Shown: positions 45,320-49,460 of the stretch, one piece after another
How positions within the stretch are numbered: the stretch's first letter is position 1
How the letters are laid out: each line of letters begins with the position of its first letter
Source of the DNA: Patescibacteria group bacterium
GTDB taxonomy: Bacteria > Patescibacteriota > 4484-211
NCBI GenBank assembly: GCA_018824115.1
Contig: JAHJGY010000022.1
Span: 1 to 49,460, forward strand
Reading direction: 5' to 3'
Length of the DNA stretch: 49,460 bases
The notes under the pieces: model-generated
Told to the model about the DNA's origin: nothing
What the model saw: the letters and a program-made list of their open reading frames with translations, nothing else
Databases searched by the model: none
Made by a program: the position numbers and the translations under genes

Positions 45320-46453
45320 CTAACCACTCTTCCCTACCCTATCCTTTAACCACTTAACTGTTTTCGTTTGTCTAATCATAAATTTAATATACTCTCTTTG
45401 CTCTGGCTTTTCAAACTGTGCTTTCAACTTTTCATCACGGACTAGCTTAATCTCTCGGGAGACTTCTTCATCCTCAACGGCAACCTTTTGTTCATCGGCA
45501 ATCTGTTGGAGAATGAGTTCAATTTTAAGATTCTTTTCGATAACTTGCCGCCACTTCATTTTTATCTCCTCTAAAGTTTGTTTTCTTTGCTTAAGAAAGT
45601 CATCAAGACTCGTTTTTGTTCGCTCGAGTTGTTGGCGTAGCTGTTTTTCCTCACGTTCAAGCTGATCATTTATTAAACTTTCCGGGATGTCGAAAGAAGG
45701 ATTTTGGGCGATGAGGGTGTCGAAAATCTGCTGTTCGAGCATTTTCTCAGCATCTGCTCGTTTGGCCGACAAAAGAAGTTCTTTAACCTTTGCTTTCAGC
45801 GAATTTAAGTCTATTTCACCAATAATTTGAGCCCATTCGTCATCCGGGTGTGATTTCTCGATTTTGGCAAGTGTTTCCGCATTCTTCTGTTGGGCCTGTG
45901 TGGCTTTTTGTTCCGCTTCGGATAATGTAGTAGCGGTAGCAATCTCGTTTTCTTCCTTGACGGGTTGATTCCCCTTCCATTCAGTGAAGATATTCTGGAT
46001 AGCCTTTTCTATTTCACTTTCCTTAATCATTACCGAGGGTTTTGAAACGGGCAGATTCTCGTAATTCTCAAGTTTTATCTCGGGTCTGATCTCAACGGTG
46101 TACTCAATGCTAAAATCCTTAATTTGCGTTAATTCCTGAATATCCTTTTGGGAATCGGGTGATTTTGGGAGGGATACTTCTGGCCGGGAAACAGGCCAGA
46201 GATTGTGCTGTTTAATTGCTTCTCGGAATAAATCGGTAGCAAGAATGTCTAAAGCATCCATTGACAGTTTAGTATCGTTAATACGTTCCCGAACCATGTT
46301 CAATGGAGCTTTTCCTTTTCGGAAGCCGGGAATGTCAATCTGTTCGGACAATTGCCGTAAGGCTTTATTTACCGCTTCTTTAATCTCTTTTTGTGTTGGT
46401 TTAGCGGTAATTTTAACCTTGCTTTTCGGTAATTTCTCGACGCTAATAGCCAT
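45320..46453 (-). CDS. tig: Trigger factor (apparently lacking most of the FKBP domain)
   Basis: IPGFRKGKAP signature and C-terminal helical domain. Confidence 0.93.
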   Translation of the reverse strand: MAISVEKLPKSKVKITAKPTQKEIKEAVNKALRQLSEQIDIPGFRKGKAPLNMVRERINDTKLSMDALDILATDLFREAIKQHNLWPVSRPEVSLPKSPDSQKDIQELTQIKDFSIEYTVEIRPEIKLENYENLPVSKPSVMIKESEIEKAIQNIFTEWKGNQPVKEENEIATATTLSEAEQKATQAQQKNAETLAKIEKSHPDDEWAQIIGEIDLNSLKAKVKELLLSAKRADAEKMLEQQIFDTLIAQNPSFDIPESLINDQLEREEKQLRQQLERTKTSLDDFLKQRKQTLEEIKMKWRQVIEKNLKIELILQQIADEQKVAVEDEEVSREIKLVRDEKLKAQFEKPEQREYIKFMIRQTKTVKWLKDRVGKSG

Positions 46454-46460
46454 AAAAGGG

Positions 46461-46529
46461 ATTATATCACAGCCTCCTTTTAAAACGCCGGGCGTTTTAG
46501 AAGCGTTTTAGAAGGGAAGTTGTTATAAT
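46461..46529. promoter_or_regulatory. Divergent extended -10 promoters with a central palindrome
   Basis: TGaTATAAT on the - strand (46461-69) and TGtTATAAT on the + strand (46521-29). TAAAACGCC-G-GGCGTTTTA spans 46481-46499. Confidence 0.65.
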
Positions 46530-46534
46530 TACGG

Positions 46535-47143
46535 GTGAATACCATGGTGGACACTTTGGTGTTAGATATTGAAACAAAGAGATTAATTAGGGATATCGGT
46601 CGGGATCCGAGAAGAATGCCCGAACTAGGGGTTTCACTGATTGGTGTTTACAGTTATGAACGAGGTGAGTTTATTGTTTATCACGAAGATCAATTCCTGG
46701 AGTTGGAAGAGTTGTTAAAACAAGCAGGGCAAGTTGTGGGTTTTAATTTAAAGGGGTTTGATTACCCGGTTTTACAAGGGCATTTAGATTTTGATTTCAC
46801 AAAAATACAGACGGTAGACGTTATGGAGGACATTAGGCGAGTTATTAGTCGGAGGATTAGCTTAAACGAAGTTGCTGGAGCAACTTTGGGGGTGCAGAAA
46901 AGTGCAGATGGTTTGCAGGCGGTACGTTATTATCATGAAGGAAAATGGGAGGAGTTAGAAAAGTATTGTTTATCTGATGTGCGCATTACCCGGGATTTAT
47001 TTGATTTTGGCCGACGGAATAAGCATGTAAAAGTACCAGGGAGTTACGGGTTAGGCAGCAAGAACATTAGAGTGAATTGGCGCCTACTAGAAGCTGGGTT
47101 TTCTGGGTCTTTTTCCGACGCTTCTCAAGCTCCTCTATTTTAG
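46535..47143 (+). CDS. RNase H-like (YprB/RNase_H_2-type, DEDD) exonuclease domain protein
   Basis: VLDIET, VVGFN...FDYPVL, SL...A..TLG..KS.DG..A, YC..DV..T. Start is GTG 46535 or ATG 46544. Confidence 0.88.
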   Translation: MNTMVDTLVLDIETKRLIRDIGRDPRRMPELGVSLIGVYSYERGEFIVYHEDQFLELEELLKQAGQVVGFNLKGFDYPVLQGHLDFDFTKIQTVDVMEDIRRVISRRISLNEVAGATLGVQKSADGLQAVRYYHEGKWEELEKYCLSDVRITRDLFDFGRRNKHVKVPGSYGLGSKNIRVNWRLLEAGFSGSFSDASQAPLF

Positions 47144-47214
47144 GTCATGGACAACGACGGCACGATTGGTGGCTTGACCAAATTGTGTGATAAGATAGAT
47201 TTGATCTAATAGTA

Positions 47215-49179
47215 ATGTCCAAATGTAATTTCTCTGAGAAATTGCTGGCTATTTTTGTTAGTGCTTGCTGTTTACTTATCTTTTTCCTCTCATACACAAC
47301 TCCCCTCCCCTCTTCAACATTAAACCCGGCCTGGCATGAATACTATGATTTTGGATTGCTGGGCTTAGCTAACCAGATTTCTGATATTTATGTAGATACC
47401 AGTAATCCCGCGTTGATTTATGTGCTAAGTCAGAAGGGCTTTTACAAAAGTAGTGATTATGGGCACAATTTTACGCGCTTAATAAATGGAAAATTCGCAG
47501 GGAGAATTCTAACTATTGATGAGCAGAGGTTGGCCTTTTCCGCCTACGATGGGATTTATTACTCAACAAATGGTGGAGCGAGTTGGTTCCATCACTCCTT
47601 TGTTGGTTTAAGCGCTCCGGTATTTGGCCCATCGGAAGAGTATCTTTACTTTGGGCGTGTTTTTGGCCAGTGCTTGCCGCATCAGGGAATCTGTGGGATA
47701 TATCGGCTTAATCTAAATACACATCAGGTAGAGTATTTGCTTAATAAAGAGGCCAAACATCTGCTGTATATTCCCGAGCGGAACGCGCTGTTAGCTTATC
47801 ATGAAAATTTCTGGTGGACATCAGAAGACGCTGGGCAGAATTGGCAGGAACAGACTTTATCTGTGGGTGAGCCGGGCGAAAGGGTTTACTTTATAGGACT
47901 AGTACCCGATGTTGAAACGGGAACGATTTATGCTCTTACCCTATTCATAAATGCGCAAAATCAGCGATCAACTGGGCTAATCAAATCAGATGATAGCGGT
48001 TCCTCTTGGGTGATAATTAATCGGGAATTACTTCCTGGTGTTAATCCGTTGCGTTTGTACGCGGATAATGGCAAATTATACGTGCTAGCTGATCCGGGGA
48101 AAGGAATTTATGTTAGTGATAATGGCGGACTTAACTGGAGTGAGTTAAATAATGGGTTTTCGGAGAGTCAGATTCCGAGCGTGATGTCGTTGGGTTTTGG
48201 GGCGTCGGATTTTTACAATTGGGCAATTTATGCCGGAGATGCGTTGGGTAAAATATATCGGCTGGGTGCACAGCCAAAGGATGATCCGGTGATATATATA
48301 CACGGTTTAGGGGGGCATTTTACGGATTGGACTACAGGGAACAAATCAATGCACTTTGAGGCCTTGCGGGAAGCAGGTTATCCAGAACATTACCTAAACA
48401 CTTATGCTTACGCAGATGCAGATGGAAATCCAGACACATATGACAGCCAGGCAGATGTTAGACTGATTAGTGCAGATTTAGATGAACAGGTAAATACCCT
48501 TTCGCAATTATCTCTTGAGGAAGGTGGATCTGGTAAGGTTGACTTGGTTGGTTTCTCGCTTGGGGGTATCATTGCGCGTTACTACCTTAACCAGCATGGG
48601 GAGGAGAAAGTTGATGATCTGGTGACCATCGGAAGCCCGCATTTGGGGGCTGAAATTTTGCATTTTGAAGACTGGATTGAGATGATTCCTTGGTTTGGTG
48701 TTCCTTTGAGGAAGGCTTTTGGAATAGCTTTTCACAGTTTCTTTGACAGCGTTGGTTATACACCACCTGATCCAAACAGTCCTGCTGCACAACAGGTGAG
48801 GCCTTCAAGCCAATTCATTGAGGATTTGAATACAAGTACATATGTGTCCGTTGATGGATATACTGGAGCAGGAGATATCGATGTAAAGCTCAACTTCAGG
48901 TTCTTCTTTTGGGATTTAACGAGGAAATTCTCAATCGGAGATGGTCTCATGACCACAACCAGCGCGTCATCCCTACCTTGTTCAGATAAAATCAGTAGAG
49001 TATTCTCAGAGCCATCCTTCGTCGTTGCTAAACACACCATTCAGAATAGTATTGATATTGGATACAAATATCAGGTTGACTTAGTGACGACCGAAGATTT
49101 AAACTATTGGCACGGGATGCTGATAAGGCAATCGGATGTTGTTGAGTCTGTTATTAAATGGTTAACCCATGAATGGTAG
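47215..49179 (+). CDS. Secreted/anchored Asp-box beta-propeller fused to an alpha/beta-hydrolase (lipase/PGAP1-like)
   Basis: Five S.D/N.G..W/F Asp-boxes, IYIHGLGG, the LVGFSLGG (GxSxG) nucleophile elbow, VTIGSPH.G, GDG and a terminal H. Confidence 0.85.
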   Translation: MSKCNFSEKLLAIFVSACCLLIFFLSYTTPLPSSTLNPAWHEYYDFGLLGLANQISDIYVDTSNPALIYVLSQKGFYKSSDYGHNFTRLINGKFAGRILTIDEQRLAFSAYDGIYYSTNGGASWFHHSFVGLSAPVFGPSEEYLYFGRVFGQCLPHQGICGIYRLNLNTHQVEYLLNKEAKHLLYIPERNALLAYHENFWWTSEDAGQNWQEQTLSVGEPGERVYFIGLVPDVETGTIYALTLFINAQNQRSTGLIKSDDSGSSWVIINRELLPGVNPLRLYADNGKLYVLADPGKGIYVSDNGGLNWSELNNGFSESQIPSVMSLGFGASDFYNWAIYAGDALGKIYRLGAQPKDDPVIYIHGLGGHFTDWTTGNKSMHFEALREAGYPEHYLNTYAYADADGNPDTYDSQADVRLISADLDEQVNTLSQLSLEEGGSGKVDLVGFSLGGIIARYYLNQHGEEKVDDLVTIGSPHLGAEILHFEDWIEMIPWFGVPLRKAFGIAFHSFFDSVGYTPPDPNSPAAQQVRPSSQFIEDLNTSTYVSVDGYTGAGDIDVKLNFRFFFWDLTRKFSIGDGLMTTTSASSLPCSDKISRVFSEPSFVVAKHTIQNSIDIGYKYQVDLVTTEDLNYWHGMLIRQSDVVESVIKWLTHEW

Positions 49180-49460
49180 ATTTCTTACTAGTGTCATTTG
49201 GACAATACTCACCCTATTCATAGTGGTTGGTTTGGCGTTCTTATGGGCAGTTATTTTTTCAATTGTATTAATTTTGTTGTTTAATATCTTGGTGTCTGTT
49301 TTTAATAAACAGTCAGCTGCTGAGGGGGAATTTGCCTTGGTGGCAGCGGGTATGTTCCTGGGCATTCTCTCAACACCCCTCTCCCTCCTCCCCTCTTACA
49401 AACTCTCCTTAAAACTCGCCGAATGGATAGAGAAAAAGTGGGGTGTTGCAGTAGATAATC
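49169..49460 (+). CDS. Hypothetical membrane protein, 3'-partial (not in ORF track)
   Basis: ATG 49169 overlaps the lipase gene's 3' end. MNGRFLTSVIWTILTLFIVVGLAFLWAVIFSIVLILLFN... stays open to the window end. Confidence 0.7.
   Translation, partial: MNGRFLTSVIWTILTLFIVVGLAFLWAVIFSIVLILLFNILVSVFNKQSAAEGEFALVAAGMFLGILSTPLSLLPSYKLSLKLAEWIEKKWGVAVDN

Noticed and set aside
45227..45320. tRNA-Val as an integration site
   Set aside because: No integrase was found and no duplicated tRNA 3' end was noticed in the window.
47299..47313. actcccctcccctc shared with the dockerin linkers
   Set aside because: It is a short low-complexity Thr-Pro-Leu-Pro-Ser codon match, and no dockerin follows.
49162..49365. 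67-aa - strand ORF at the window end
   Set aside because: The + strand ORF from 49169 is longer, coupled to the upstream gene and membrane-protein-like.

Overview
This 49.5-kb bacterial window (code 11) most likely comes from a Patescibacteria/CPR genome, probably Microgenomates/WWE3-like. That is an inference from the CPR-type pilin, a DUF5665-like protein, PheT lacking its B2 domain, and pilMNO without pilPQ. The left 20 kb is a surface-structure island. It holds a cohesin-like domain fused to a VirB2/TrbC-like pilin, five tandem secreted carbohydrate-active enzymes that all end in a near-identical dockerin, and two tiny membrane proteins carrying only the first strand of a CBM4/9-like fold. 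These are followed by a scaffoldin-like protein (2 x [N-truncated CBM + cohesin], Ig-like domains, divergent dockerin) and pilMNO. Together this reads as a pilus- or membrane-anchored, cellulosome-like enzyme display system, and it is the main candidate novelty. The remainder is mostly housekeeping: khpA, rpsP, rnc, nusB, rpmF, rsmD, recG, tyrS, a class A PBP, manC, pheST, rplT, rpmI, infC, thrS, tRNA-Val and tig. Notable extras are an alpha-2-macroglobulin with a Hint domain in its bait region and no thioester motif, a Thr T-box riboswitch, many apparently leaderless promoters, in-frame repeat insertions in pheT and thrS, and a beta-propeller/lipase fusion. All domain calls come from motif recognition by eye; no searches were run.
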